Virus record (IMG/VR): IMGVR_UViG_3300032293_000679
Reading direction: 5' to 3' (one strand)
Length of the DNA stretch: 64,000 nt
Source: an uncultured virus (IMG/VR IMGVR_UViG_3300032293_000679)
Taxonomy: Duplodnaviria > Heunggongvirae > Uroviricota > Caudoviricetes
Shown here: positions 40,975 through 49,206 of the stretch, piece after piece
Layout: each line of letters begins with the position of its first letter
How positions within the stretch are numbered: the first letter of the stretch is position 1
Translations under genes and position numbers: made by a program
Notes under the pieces: generated by a model
Seen by the model: the letters and a program-made list of their open reading frames with translations, nothing else
The model's database searches: none
What the model was told of the DNA's origin: nothing

Positions 40975-41321
40975 AAAGGCACACCTGTCTTTCTTGATAT
41001 ATCTTGAATCATATTCATGATGATAAGGTTGTACTCTCTGTACCCACCTTTCATCTTCATAGCCCAAACTCTATGTTTATGCTTGTTATAACCACAGCTA
41101 CGCAATAAGTGGTAGACAGTAGTGTTGTACTTATTGGCACACTCTTCTAGCCAAGAATAGACTTGAAGCCTCCAGTCTCTTGTATCATACCAATCAGGCA
41201 TCATCTCAAGCATGGGGATCAAGTCTTTTGTGTATCTAGGAACTAAAGTACCATCTGGTCTAACCTTCCTAACATACTTTCTCTTTGGCTTTATAAAATT
41301 TATCTCTTCCTTTTCTATCAT
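40962..41321 (-). CDS. Hypothetical protein, possibly DNA-binding
   Basis: 119 aa, basic N-terminus KPKRKYVRK. Confidence 0.55.
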   Translation of the reverse strand: MIEKEEINFIKPKRKYVRKVRPDGTLVPRYTKDLIPMLEMMPDWYDTRDWRLQVYSWLEECANKYNTTVYHLLRSCGYNKHKHRVWAMKMKGGYREYNLIIMNMIQDISRKTGVPFYIM

Positions 41322-41324
41322 ATA

Positions 41325-41591
41325 TTAGCACTTCCATCTTTTGAGTGCAGCACCCTTACGAGTTAACTCGCCATCTTTAGATGTAGCACCTTTCATGCCG
41401 CTCATTCTAGCACAGAAACTTTTGCGTCTAGCAGCGTCTTTCTCTGTTTTAGGATTCGGGGCTGGAGCTTTTAAATTTGAGCCTGTTGCCCTGTTGTATT
41501 TTGCACGACCCTTAGCAGTTAAACCTGCACCTTTAGATATAGGGAGCTTTTCTCCTCTGCCTACTGATAGGCTAACTTTACTTTTTGCCAT
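41325..41591 (-). CDS. DUF6321-like small basic phage protein
   Basis: GLTAKGRAKYNRATGSNLKAP...RRKSFCARMSG...ALKRWKC; start revised to MAKSKV. Confidence 0.7.
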   Translation of the reverse strand: MAKSKVSLSVGRGEKLPISKGAGLTAKGRAKYNRATGSNLKAPAPNPKTEKDAARRKSFCARMSGMKGATSKDGELTRKGAALKRWKC

Positions 41592-41595
41592 AATT

Positions 41596-41865
41596 TTATC
41601 TGTGTCTTTTAGTCTTTTGTTTGATACTCTTAGGTTGAGATACAAACTGTTTACCCTTTCTATTTCCTTCTGCCTTAGCCTTGTTTGTAGCGGCTTTCTC
41701 TCCAGCAGATAATGAAGCCCAAGCAGATTCTGGTAGATACCTCTTAGAACCTTTTGACTCAACCTCTTTAGAAGAGCCTTTCTTCTTATTAGCATAAGTG
41801 CCAGAGGTCATCCACTTTTGATCACCCCAGTCCTTTAAACTTTTTTGAGATTTTGCAAGTGCCAT
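41596..41865 (-). CDS. DUF5872-like basic protein (C-terminal half)
   Basis: QKSLKDWGDQKW, RYLPESAWASLS, TNKAK and KQFV motifs. Confidence 0.7.
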   Translation of the reverse strand: MALAKSQKSLKDWGDQKWMTSGTYANKKKGSSKEVESKGSKRYLPESAWASLSAGEKAATNKAKAEGNRKGKQFVSQPKSIKQKTKRHR

Positions 41866-42038
41866 TATTTGTAGCTACCTCCCTTAGCTTTGTAAGCCTT
41901 GGCGAGCATCTGTGCTTTGCGTCCGCTCCACTGCCCAGAGTTTCCTCCTTTATCGCTAGCCTTTATCTTTTCAAACAAAGCCTTTCTCATAGTTGGCTTG
42001 GTGTAATTACCAGCTTGATTAACTTTACTTTTTGCCAT
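41865..42038 (-). CDS. DUF5872-like basic protein (N-terminal half, 57 aa; missing from ORF track)
   Basis: Hand translation MAKSKVNQAGNYTKPTMRKALFEKIKASDKGGNSGQWSGRKAQMLAKAYKAKGGSYK; TAATG coupling. Confidence 0.75.
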   Translation of the reverse strand: MAKSKVNQAGNYTKPTMRKALFEKIKASDKGGNSGQWSGRKAQMLAKAYKAKGGSYK

Positions 42039-42228
42039 TGTTAAAATTTATTGTTTCGTTGATACACAAAGATATGTCATTTGAGTCGTAATGTCTAATA
42101 CGCCCATCCTGTTGGTTGGCAATTACCCACACGGTATTCTGATGTATGCCGTAGTCTATTACGCCTATAGCTATCCCAATACCGTGTGGTGTATTAAACC
42201 AAAGAGAATTTTTTAACTCAGAGAACAC
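42025..42228 (-). CDS. Hypothetical conserved phage protein
   Basis: TPHGIG.A..IDYG...N..WV motif. Confidence 0.65.
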   Translation of the reverse strand: MFSELKNSLWFNTPHGIGIAIGVIDYGIHQNTVWVIANQQDGRIRHYDSNDISLCINETINFNNGKK

Positions 42229-42231
42229 TAA

Positions 42232-42894
42232 TTAGTATTTTTGAAAAGATTTTTTACTTTTCTTAACAACATACTCTGGAGATGGCTTCATGTTATCAAA
42301 AGAGTCTTTCATATTCTTTTCTGTTTTCTTAGGTAAACCAAGAACCTTTTTAGAAGTCTCCATATTGCCTGTCCAATTATTATAATCCCATCCTGATATA
42401 TTTTTTCTTTTCATGTCTGGACTATTGTACTTTGTTACCTCTGTTTTCATAGAAGAATCCTTATCCATTTTATCAACTCCTCTTAAAAGTTTAGTTGGCT
42501 TTCTGAATGATTTGTTGTCAAGTTTATAGACAGTATATTCAGTAGATGATGAATCTTTGGGATTTGGGTATTTTTTAGAAGTAAAAGAACTTAAACTTGA
42601 TTTTGATTTTTGACCTTCTTTAGACTTGTTTTTAGCTGTTAAAGAAGAGTATTTTTGATGTTCTCCTTCATCGTTACTTTTATATTTTTGAATATACTTT
42701 TCTTCTTTAACCATCTTACCACCACCAAGAATACTCGCAGGTGCTGTTACCTTCTTTTTATTATAATTAATTACACTGCTATCAGGAGCGACAGAATCTG
42801 TAACACTTGATTTTTCTTTGGTTCTGCTGAACCAGTTTACCAAAGGCTTCTTTGGTTTTGCACTTTGTTGAGTGCTTTTAGTTTGTTTTGCCAT
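42232..42894 (-). CDS. Lys/Ser-rich basic protein (paralog A)
   Basis: KPLVNWFSRTK...KKVTAP.S.L motif shared with next gene. Confidence 0.75.
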   Translation of the reverse strand: MAKQTKSTQQSAKPKKPLVNWFSRTKEKSSVTDSVAPDSSVINYNKKKVTAPASILGGGKMVKEEKYIQKYKSNDEGEHQKYSSLTAKNKSKEGQKSKSSLSSFTSKKYPNPKDSSSTEYTVYKLDNKSFRKPTKLLRGVDKMDKDSSMKTEVTKYNSPDMKRKNISGWDYNNWTGNMETSKKVLGLPKKTEKNMKDSFDNMKPSPEYVVKKSKKSFQKY

Positions 42895-42896
42895 GA

Positions 42897-43742
42897 TTAT
42901 TTAATTCTTTTTTTAGTTTTAGTTTTAGCTAAAGTTTTAGGGATTTTACTTCTAACCATGTCTGCAGCAATAAGACCTCCACCAATAGCTTGAGCAGTAT
43001 TTTGTGCTGCCCAGTCAGGAATAGCCATACTAGATGCAGCTGTACCCATTCCAGCTACCGTTAAAAGACCCATATTCCTATCTTTAGTCTTCTTTACCTT
43101 ACTCTTCTCAAAGCCACTGCTTAAACTTGATTTTGGGGTAGAAACCTTTTTTGTTGTAATTGTAATCGTATTGTTTCTATCCGACTTTCCGTTTGGATAT
43201 TCTTTTGTTATCTCTTTAGTTCTGTTTGACCAATTTGTTAGAGGGGTTTTACCAGAATTTGATAGTTTTGGAACTCTAGTTTTTTTGTTGTAATCAGCAA
43301 TAGTACTGTCACCGCCTTCGTTTTTAGTAATATTGTATTTTACTTTTGATACTCCGCTCATGCCTTGCGATGGCTTTCTAGTTCTTTCTTCGTAACTTTT
43401 TGAAAAGGTAGAGTCTTTACCATTGCCGTATACAGATGAACTTTTACTATAGCTTACCTTTTTACCCCCACCACCTTTTGCGTTAGGCATTTTTTCTTTT
43501 ACTCTTGAGCTTTCGTATTTTCTATAACTAGTGCTGTCATTTACATCTCCAAACTGAGCTTTATAGCTTTTTTCTTTTTTAAAACCTCTTGATAAGACGC
43601 TTTCTGGAGCTGTAACTTTCTTTGAAGAACTAAAGGTTGAATCGCTATTTGTCTTTGACTTATCTTTAGTCCTGCTAAACCAGTTTACTAATGGTTTTCT
43701 TGTTGATGTACTGTCGCTAGTACTTTTTGCTTTTTTTGCCAT
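42897..43742 (-). CDS. Lys/Ser-rich basic protein (paralog B) with C-terminal hydrophobic segment
   Basis: Two copies of the PL.NW..RTK..KKV..P.S.L motif; Gly/Ala hydrophobic hairpin near C-terminus. Confidence 0.75.
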   Translation of the reverse strand: MAKKAKSTSDSTSTRKPLVNWFSRTKDKSKTNSDSTFSSSKKVTAPESVLSRGFKKEKSYKAQFGDVNDSTSYRKYESSRVKEKMPNAKGGGGKKVSYSKSSSVYGNGKDSTFSKSYEERTRKPSQGMSGVSKVKYNITKNEGGDSTIADYNKKTRVPKLSNSGKTPLTNWSNRTKEITKEYPNGKSDRNNTITITTKKVSTPKSSLSSGFEKSKVKKTKDRNMGLLTVAGMGTAASSMAIPDWAAQNTAQAIGGGLIAADMVRSKIPKTLAKTKTKKRIK

Positions 43743-43769
43743 GATTTATTATTGTTTTTTTATTTATTA

Positions 43770-44843
43770 TTAAAATCCACCTTGTCCAGAGCCTGCTCTC
43801 TTCATACCTGCTGGGTCTCCCCTTTCGTCTCGCTTGTCTCTACCTAAAAAAGCAGCAAGCCAAGCTGCCCCAGTCAAGCTACCTGCTACTGCTGGGTACG
43901 CTGCTATTAAGCCACCAGTTCCAGCAATTGCAGCTCCAATTCCAACTCCTTTTGCTATTGGTTTTACATTATCCATTATTTTTTTTAATCTAGCCTTCCT
44001 TTCGTAGACAGGTTTTAACTTTTCCTGCATTGCCTTGAACTCATTGAATCTATCTACATCCTCATAATTAGTATTACCACCATAATACATGGTTCTGTCA
44101 CCTCCATTTTGCTTTGCAGGATCAAAGTACGCACTTGCATAGTATGGCTTGTATTGAGGGTCTAGAGCTATTAGGTTAAGATTGCCCTCTTTGTAGGCTT
44201 GCATCTCTTCCTCTGTAGGCATTCTGCCAGAATAAGCAGGAGGTTCAGCTAGGTTGTATACATTAGCTAAGTCTGCACCTCTTCTATAACGAGCTGTATT
44301 ATACTTGGCATCTGGATATATTGTTCTGCCTTTACCGTATTCCTTATCAGAATCTCTAAATACGGTTTCATCATCAAATAAGGTGTAAGTGCCATCATCA
44401 TTTTTCTCAACTCTAGCACCTTTGCCTTTAGCAGCTTCAATAAGGTCTTTGCCTGACCTTATTCCCATCCCCTTAAACTTAGGGTCAATAGCGTATCCAC
44501 TTTTATTTAAGTGACCAAGAAATTCTGAAACATCAGACCTGCGCTTCATTTCGTCTGTCTTACCTTGATAGTCTTGATAAGCTTTAATTTGACTTTCTAA
44601 TATAGGAGGCTTGTAGTCTGCGCTTTTTTTAAGGCGCACCCAATTTTCTGGGTTTGTATCGGCTAAGCTTAAAGCAGCAGGGGAGTGTTTCTTAAAGAAT
44701 CTGTAGATTTCACCTGCATCGGTTAGACCCAAGTCTTTAACAGCTTGCATAGCAGAGGATACACTCATTAATGTAGTGTAGTCACTCTTGCTCTTCTTCT
44801 TGCCTTGTCCACCTTCAGGTGGATTCTTATCAAATGGAGGCAT
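43770..44843 (-). CDS. Hypothetical protein with C-terminal glycine-zipper-like membrane segment
   Basis: 357 aa; GVGIGAAIAGTGGLIAAYPAVAGSLTGAAWLAAFLG. Confidence 0.7.
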   Translation of the reverse strand: MPPFDKNPPEGGQGKKKSKSDYTTLMSVSSAMQAVKDLGLTDAGEIYRFFKKHSPAALSLADTNPENWVRLKKSADYKPPILESQIKAYQDYQGKTDEMKRRSDVSEFLGHLNKSGYAIDPKFKGMGIRSGKDLIEAAKGKGARVEKNDDGTYTLFDDETVFRDSDKEYGKGRTIYPDAKYNTARYRRGADLANVYNLAEPPAYSGRMPTEEEMQAYKEGNLNLIALDPQYKPYYASAYFDPAKQNGGDRTMYYGGNTNYEDVDRFNEFKAMQEKLKPVYERKARLKKIMDNVKPIAKGVGIGAAIAGTGGLIAAYPAVAGSLTGAAWLAAFLGRDKRDERGDPAGMKRAGSGQGGF

Positions 44844-44851
44844 GGCTTTTA

Positions 44852-45055
44852 TTATTTTTTCATTTTACCTTTAGATGCCATCTTAGCCATCTTTTCTTTG
44901 CCGTACTTTTTCATACCGACTTTAGCAGCGACAGCAGCACCAACCTTAGCGGCTTTTGCAGGAGACATACCTTTTTTCTCGTAGCTTTTTTCTACCTTTT
45001 CTTCAAGAGCAGCAAATCTTTTGCCACTACCTAATGGAGCTTTTTTCATCATCAT
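44852..45055 (-). CDS. Small Lys/Ala-rich basic protein
   Basis: LGSGKRFAAL...AAKVGMKKYGKEKMAKMA. Confidence 0.7.
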   Translation of the reverse strand: MMMKKAPLGSGKRFAALEEKVEKSYEKKGMSPAKAAKVGAAVAAKVGMKKYGKEKMAKMASKGKMKK

Positions 45056-45062
45056 GGTTATC

Positions 45063-45395
45063 TTATCTTATTTTTTTATACTGCTTGTCGTAGTTTTTGT
45101 ATATTTTATCTCTAGTTTTTGTAAATGTAGAGTCACCAGCTCTTCTTGCCTCAATTGCGCTAATAGAGTCGTTTGCAGAGCTATACCTCTTATTCATGAT
45201 TTCCCTATCTGCTGGAGTCATTTTTTTATAAAAGTTATGAGCAGCAGTTTCAGAAGGGAAAGAAGAGTACTTCTTAATGTTGCTCAATTGCTTCTTATAA
45301 GCATTAGCTAGGTTGGTAGAATCTGAAGTCCAGAACTGATCACGCATTTGCTTGGCAGCGTTTGCAGGCGGTGCAACTGGTTTTTTAGGTTTCAT
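45063..45395 (-). CDS. Basic hypothetical protein, first gene of basic-protein operon
   Basis: 110 aa; TATATTTG promoter at 45427-45434 (minus). Confidence 0.65.
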   Translation of the reverse strand: MKPKKPVAPPANAAKQMRDQFWTSDSTNLANAYKKQLSNIKKYSSFPSETAAHNFYKKMTPADREIMNKRYSSANDSISAIEARRAGDSTFTKTRDKIYKNYDKQYKKIR

Positions 45396-45443
45396 GGTTA
45401 TTTTTATTAATTTTAATATTAAAACACAAATATATGAAAAATA

Positions 45444-45638
45444 CTATGCTTCTCCAACAGGGTTAAATTTGAAGGGTTGCCTTTTCTTTTTAAAGTAGTT
45501 GTAGACCGTTTCTACCATCATCTCAATATCTTTCTCATCTCCGTTAAAGATACTTCTGACAGTATTGTCTTTCATGTAGATTGTTATCAAGGAAGGACTG
45601 TCATTTACATCCTTCATTACTTCTTCTTCGTTAACCAT
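45444..45638 (-). CDS. Hypothetical protein
   Basis: 64-aa ORF with A-rich upstream region. Confidence 0.55.
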   Translation of the reverse strand: MVNEEEVMKDVNDSPSLITIYMKDNTVRSIFNGDEKDIEMMVETVYNYFKKKRQPFKFNPVGEA

Positions 45639-45648
45639 ATTTGTATTT

Positions 45649-45816
45649 TTATGAGAATTGGGCTAAACCTATTAAAAATTCCTTGCACTCTTCACGAGCC
45701 TTTTCAACACCTCCTATAGCCTTTATAGTCTCTGGGCTGACATAGAATGTAATTGGTACTACTTTCTGATTGTTAGGTATTGCTTTCCTACCTCTTGTTT
45801 CCTTTTTCTTTTTCAT
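45649..45816 (-). CDS. Small DNA-binding protein (RGRK hook + RHH-like)
   Basis: MKKKKETRGRKAIP...VPITFYVSPETI. Confidence 0.55.
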   Translation of the reverse strand: MKKKKETRGRKAIPNNQKVVPITFYVSPETIKAIGGVEKAREECKEFLIGLAQFS

Positions 45817-45818
45817 TG

Positions 45819-46001
45819 CTATAATGATTTTAATAATACTCCGTACAAAACAGCGATTACTGCCACGCATAATGTTAGCACTGTGACACCTAATCCGAAT
45901 GTTCCTATAATACCCTCTTCAAACTTGTGAGAGGTTAACTTTTCTGTGGCATACCCAACAAGGTATATCATCAAGCAAAATACTACTGTGTAAGCTATCA
46001 T
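45819..46001 (-). CDS. Small 2-TM membrane protein
   Basis: Two hydrophobic helices in 60 aa. Confidence 0.55.
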   Translation of the reverse strand: MIAYTVVFCLMIYLVGYATEKLTSHKFEEGIIGTFGLGVTVLTLCVAVIAVLYGVLLKSL

Positions 46002-46139
46002 AATTTTATTCTATAATTCCAAAATTTAAAAGGGTACTTAGCAAAGTACAGGTCTCCATACTTATCCTTATACCTGTAAATGTATGCATTATCTACATAG
46101 TCTATAAATCCAAAGCTGTGTGGCTTCATGGTGAGCCTG

Positions 46140-46370
46140 CTAATTATCCTTTTCATCTACTCCTCCATGGATTTCATTGTAGTATTCGTGCATACCTTTA
46201 TATTGATTTTGTTTTGAATCGTATGCCCCATCGTTATAAGCACCTTCAATTTGGAATCTTTCCATTTTAATAGCTTCCTTAATTAGGTCTGGTCTTATAA
46301 ATGCCGAGTTCAAGCAATCTGAATTTACTTGTTCAACTAGCCACTCTACTGCTGTTTTTCTTTTGCTCAT
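46140..46370 (-). CDS. Hypothetical phage protein (TAVEWL family)
   Basis: KTAVEWLVEQ...AIKMERFQIEGAY...EYYNE. Confidence 0.65.
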   Translation of the reverse strand: MSKRKTAVEWLVEQVNSDCLNSAFIRPDLIKEAIKMERFQIEGAYNDGAYDSKQNQYKGMHEYYNEIHGGVDEKDN

Positions 46371-46633
46371 TTATTTGATTTTAATAATGATTCTGACAAT
46401 CTCTTATACAGCTCTTCTGCGCTATTAACTATTTCCTTAGCTACCAATTCTAAGTATGGTTGACACATATTTTCTCTGAGTTTAACCGTAAAGTTTTCAG
46501 ACTCATCGTTTTCAAATTGAATCTTACCCTCGTAACGATCAACAGTATTATCAAAGCTGTACCCCCTTTTAAATTCAAACTCAAGCTTTCTTAATCTCCA
46601 GCTTGATTTTTGTTGTTGTTTATTGTTTTCCAT
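46367..46633 (-). CDS. Hypothetical protein
   Basis: 88 aa, coupled to neighbours. Confidence 0.6.
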   Translation of the reverse strand: MENNKQQQKSSWRLRKLEFEFKRGYSFDNTVDRYEGKIQFENDESENFTVKLRENMCQPYLELVAKEIVNSAEELYKRLSESLLKSNK

Positions 46634-46635
46634 GT

Positions 46636-47097
46636 CTACATTCTATTTCCGTTGTACATAATATTAATATTGATATAGTATCCATTCTTTACCCTTCGGT
46701 AGATGATATTGTTTTCAAGCAGATTGACTATGCCGCTATAGATATTTGCTCTGCTCTTGTAGCCAGTGTATTCCATGCAATCTTCCATGTGAATATCTAT
46801 GTCATCCTTCTTAACCGCAAGGTTAGCAAGTATGTAGCAGAGTATCTTTAGTCCAGCAGAGTTTAGGTTGCTGACAGTAGGGAGTCCATCAACAAATAGT
46901 TTTCTGAACTCCTTCTTATCTACAACAAATCTATTAGACTTGTCCATCTCTTGCATAACAATCTCCTCACCAGTATCGGTATCAACCAATTGTCTGACAT
47001 CACCTTTCTTAACAGAGGTTACATTACGCATATCCTCATCAAGCATCTTGGAGGGGTTTACACTATAAGATTCAAAATCCTTAATCGTTAATTTCAT
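46636..47097 (-). CDS. RepL-like winged-helix replication/maintenance protein
   Basis: LVDTDTGE, FRKLF, helix-turn-helix SRANIYSGIVNLLENNII and C-terminal YYININIMYNGNR. Confidence 0.7.
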   Translation of the reverse strand: MKLTIKDFESYSVNPSKMLDEDMRNVTSVKKGDVRQLVDTDTGEEIVMQEMDKSNRFVVDKKEFRKLFVDGLPTVSNLNSAGLKILCYILANLAVKKDDIDIHMEDCMEYTGYKSRANIYSGIVNLLENNIIYRRVKNGYYININIMYNGNRM

Positions 47098-47186
47098 TTT
47101 TTTATTTTAAACAAACTTTTATCAAAAGTTGTATTTTTTGCAAGTTTTGCTATTCATGGGGACAATATGTCCCTATTGAATTTTGT

Positions 47187-47807
47187 TTATACTTGTTTTA
47201 TTATGTCGTAATAGAAAGAGTTTGTATCTTCTACTATCCATTTGTCTGATTGATTTTCTACAGATGCAAGCTCAGTGTCTACTTTAAATTGCTTTAAATT
47301 TTCTGGCAATTCTTTTGTTACAAAGTTAGAGTCTTTCCATAGTATCCTATTATTAGGCATACACAATAAGTATCCATCATCTGATTTTAAGATATGTCCA
47401 CACTTGTAGTCTGAAGGTTCTTCGCTATATGGATTATTGTACCAGTCAATAGTAAACATATAGGTAGCCCATACTTTAGTACTATCTCTTAAAATAACCT
47501 GTGCCTTGTGGTATGCTAGAAAGTCATAGTTAACAACAGCTACATTCTCACTGAAGCAATCCCATAGTTGCTTATAGTTAAAGGGTACATCTTTTGTTGG
47601 TACTTTAGTATATATTTCAGATATAGGCACTCTACTTCTTAGCATACCAGAATCTGTCATAACATGAAAGGTAAGTATCTTTCCTGCACATGACTGAATA
47701 CCAAAAACATAAACATTATAATACTCAGAACTATCTTCTTCGTTTTTAGTAAAATGAGATTTTTTTACAAGAGCCTTAAAACTTGGTATATTTGAATTTA
47801 ACTCCAT
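47187..47807 (-). CDS. Conserved phage protein of unknown function
   Basis: LNSNIP, QLWDCFS, YMFTIDW, KCGH and PNNRILW motifs recur in aquatic phages. Confidence 0.7.
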   Translation of the reverse strand: MELNSNIPSFKALVKKSHFTKNEEDSSEYYNVYVFGIQSCAGKILTFHVMTDSGMLRSRVPISEIYTKVPTKDVPFNYKQLWDCFSENVAVVNYDFLAYHKAQVILRDSTKVWATYMFTIDWYNNPYSEEPSDYKCGHILKSDDGYLLCMPNNRILWKDSNFVTKELPENLKQFKVDTELASVENQSDKWIVEDTNSFYYDIIKQV

Positions 47808-48253
47808 TATTGTTCCTTATGAAATGAACCGTTAACGGTCTTACCTTTTCTATCTTTGATTTCATTGTATGCAGATTCCAAGCACTCAACAAGATCCAAA
47901 CCGTATCTAGCTGCTGCATCATGCAAGAAGTTCATTGCAGATGGATTACAGAAATCTGGACTCACCCTTCTAACTACATCATACAATTCTATTTCAATTA
48001 TAGTATGCGTACATGAAAGGGTGTACCTATGCTTTAGCTGCGACCCAAGGATAATCATGGTAACAGCTATATCGCCAAAGCCATCAATCATTTGTAGCTT
48101 ATCCCTTTTAATGATAGCTCTAGCGGTTTCACCGACTTCTTCTAGGAACTTGAGATACTGCTTACCAGCATTCCCATCGTGAATTAAATCTCTTTCTTTA
48201 GCCCATGCAATCACTTGTTCGCAGAGCTGTTTGTATCTTTCTTCTTTATTCAT
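47807..48253 (-). CDS. MazG-like NTP pyrophosphohydrolase
   Basis: QYLKFLEEVGETA, DGFGDIAVT and CLESAYNEIKDRKG. Confidence 0.8.
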   Translation of the reverse strand: MNKEERYKQLCEQVIAWAKERDLIHDGNAGKQYLKFLEEVGETARAIIKRDKLQMIDGFGDIAVTMIILGSQLKHRYTLSCTHTIIEIELYDVVRRVSPDFCNPSAMNFLHDAAARYGLDLVECLESAYNEIKDRKGKTVNGSFHKEQ

Positions 48254-48256
48254 TTG

Positions 48257-48481
48257 TTATTTTTTATAAAATTTTAAAAGTTCTTGTTCAACCTCAGACC
48301 AAAGAGCAAGCTCACTATCTGAAGCCTTATATCCAAGTACCTCAGAGCAACACTTCAATGCAAAGCGATTGGCTAGCAGATCGCACACCTTAACATCATG
48401 CGTAGCTGCTTCAAGCAGAATTATTTTAAAGCTGTTGAATAAGTCTTTTGCTTTTTCTGTAGGTGTTATTGTTATTTCCAT
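48257..48481 (-). CDS. Hypothetical phage protein
   Basis: TPTEKAKDL...W.EV.QEL family pattern. Confidence 0.6.
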   Translation of the reverse strand: MEITITPTEKAKDLFNSFKIILLEAATHDVKVCDLLANRFALKCCSEVLGYKASDSELALWSEVEQELLKFYKK

Positions 48482-48496
48482 GCTATTTATATTTTG

Positions 48497-48564
48497 CGGT
48501 TAGAGCCAGACTTATTCCTGTTTTTATGAAGTCGCAAATTGCGACCTCGTTCCGCCATCTAACC
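48497..48564 (-). ncRNA. Degenerate tRNA-like RNA (acceptor stem + internal hairpin)
   Basis: GGTTAGA/TCTAACC 7-bp acceptor stem, TGGCGGAA D-arm start, GAGGTCGCA-ATT-TGCGACTTC hairpin, eroded T-arm. Confidence 0.45.
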
Positions 48565-48569
48565 ATTTG

Positions 48570-48693
48570 TGGAGAAGACAAGATTTGAACTTGTATATAC
48601 TTCAGATACTATCTGCTGGATTGTATTAATAAGGTAAAGTATATTATATCCAGTTACATACCCTATTAGCGTCTACCATTCCGCCACTTCTCC
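48570..48693 (-). ncRNA. tRNA-like RNA (Leu-type D-arm, intact T-arm) with anticodon/variable arms replaced by a ~70-nt insert
   Basis: GGAGAAG/CTTCTCC-A acceptor, TGGCGGAATGGTAGACGC D-arm, ACAAG-TTCAAAT-CTTGT T-arm; 124 nt, no canonical anticodon loop. Confidence 0.7.
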
Positions 48694-48934
48694 ATTTGCA
48701 ACTTTTATAATACCCCTAGAGTTGCCAACTATGCTAACCTGACGATTTAGCCGATTGCTTTGAGCATTGTCAAGAGGCTTATCGGGTCTTCGATCCATAT
48801 TCCTCGAGAAATAGAGGGCTAATATGTTAAATATTTTAAACAGATATAACGTTTTTGTCTAATATATTAAACATTATAACTTGTCATTTAAAGAACAATT
48901 GCACTATATTTTGTGCAATTTAAGGGATGTTAAT

Positions 48935-49201
48935 CTAGAATTTCAAGCCCTGAGCTGTTGGCTCAATAACCGTTCCTGTGTTTGGATCTTTACTACTCGG
49001 ATAAGGATTTGCTTCTCCTAATCTTTTCAAGTCCATACCAAGCCACATGACAGCTTCTTGTAATTTGGTAATTGATAATGATCTTTCTCTTGATGATGGC
49101 AAGGCTTTTAATTCTTGAATTAATTCATCAATGTTTTTTCTTAGTTTTTTGTTTGCTACTACTTCTGCTTCGTAAGCAAGACTTGTTTCTGATTTTTCCA
49201 T
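48935..49201 (-). CDS. Acb2/Tad1-like hairpin protein (candidate cyclic-nucleotide sponge)
   Basis: SRERSLSITKLQEAVMWL matches the R(E)xSLAITKL(E/Q)EAxMW helix motif of the Acb2/Tad1 family. Confidence 0.65.
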   Translation of the reverse strand: MEKSETSLAYEAEVVANKKLRKNIDELIQELKALPSSRERSLSITKLQEAVMWLGMDLKRLGEANPYPSSKDPNTGTVIEPTAQGLKF

Positions 49202-49206
49202 TTTGT

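Noticed and set aside
46636..47097. RepL-like gene plus repeat array as proof of a phage-plasmid lifestyle
   Set aside because: No ParA/ParM NTPase or repressor switch is visible; RepL-like wHTH genes alone are insufficient evidence.
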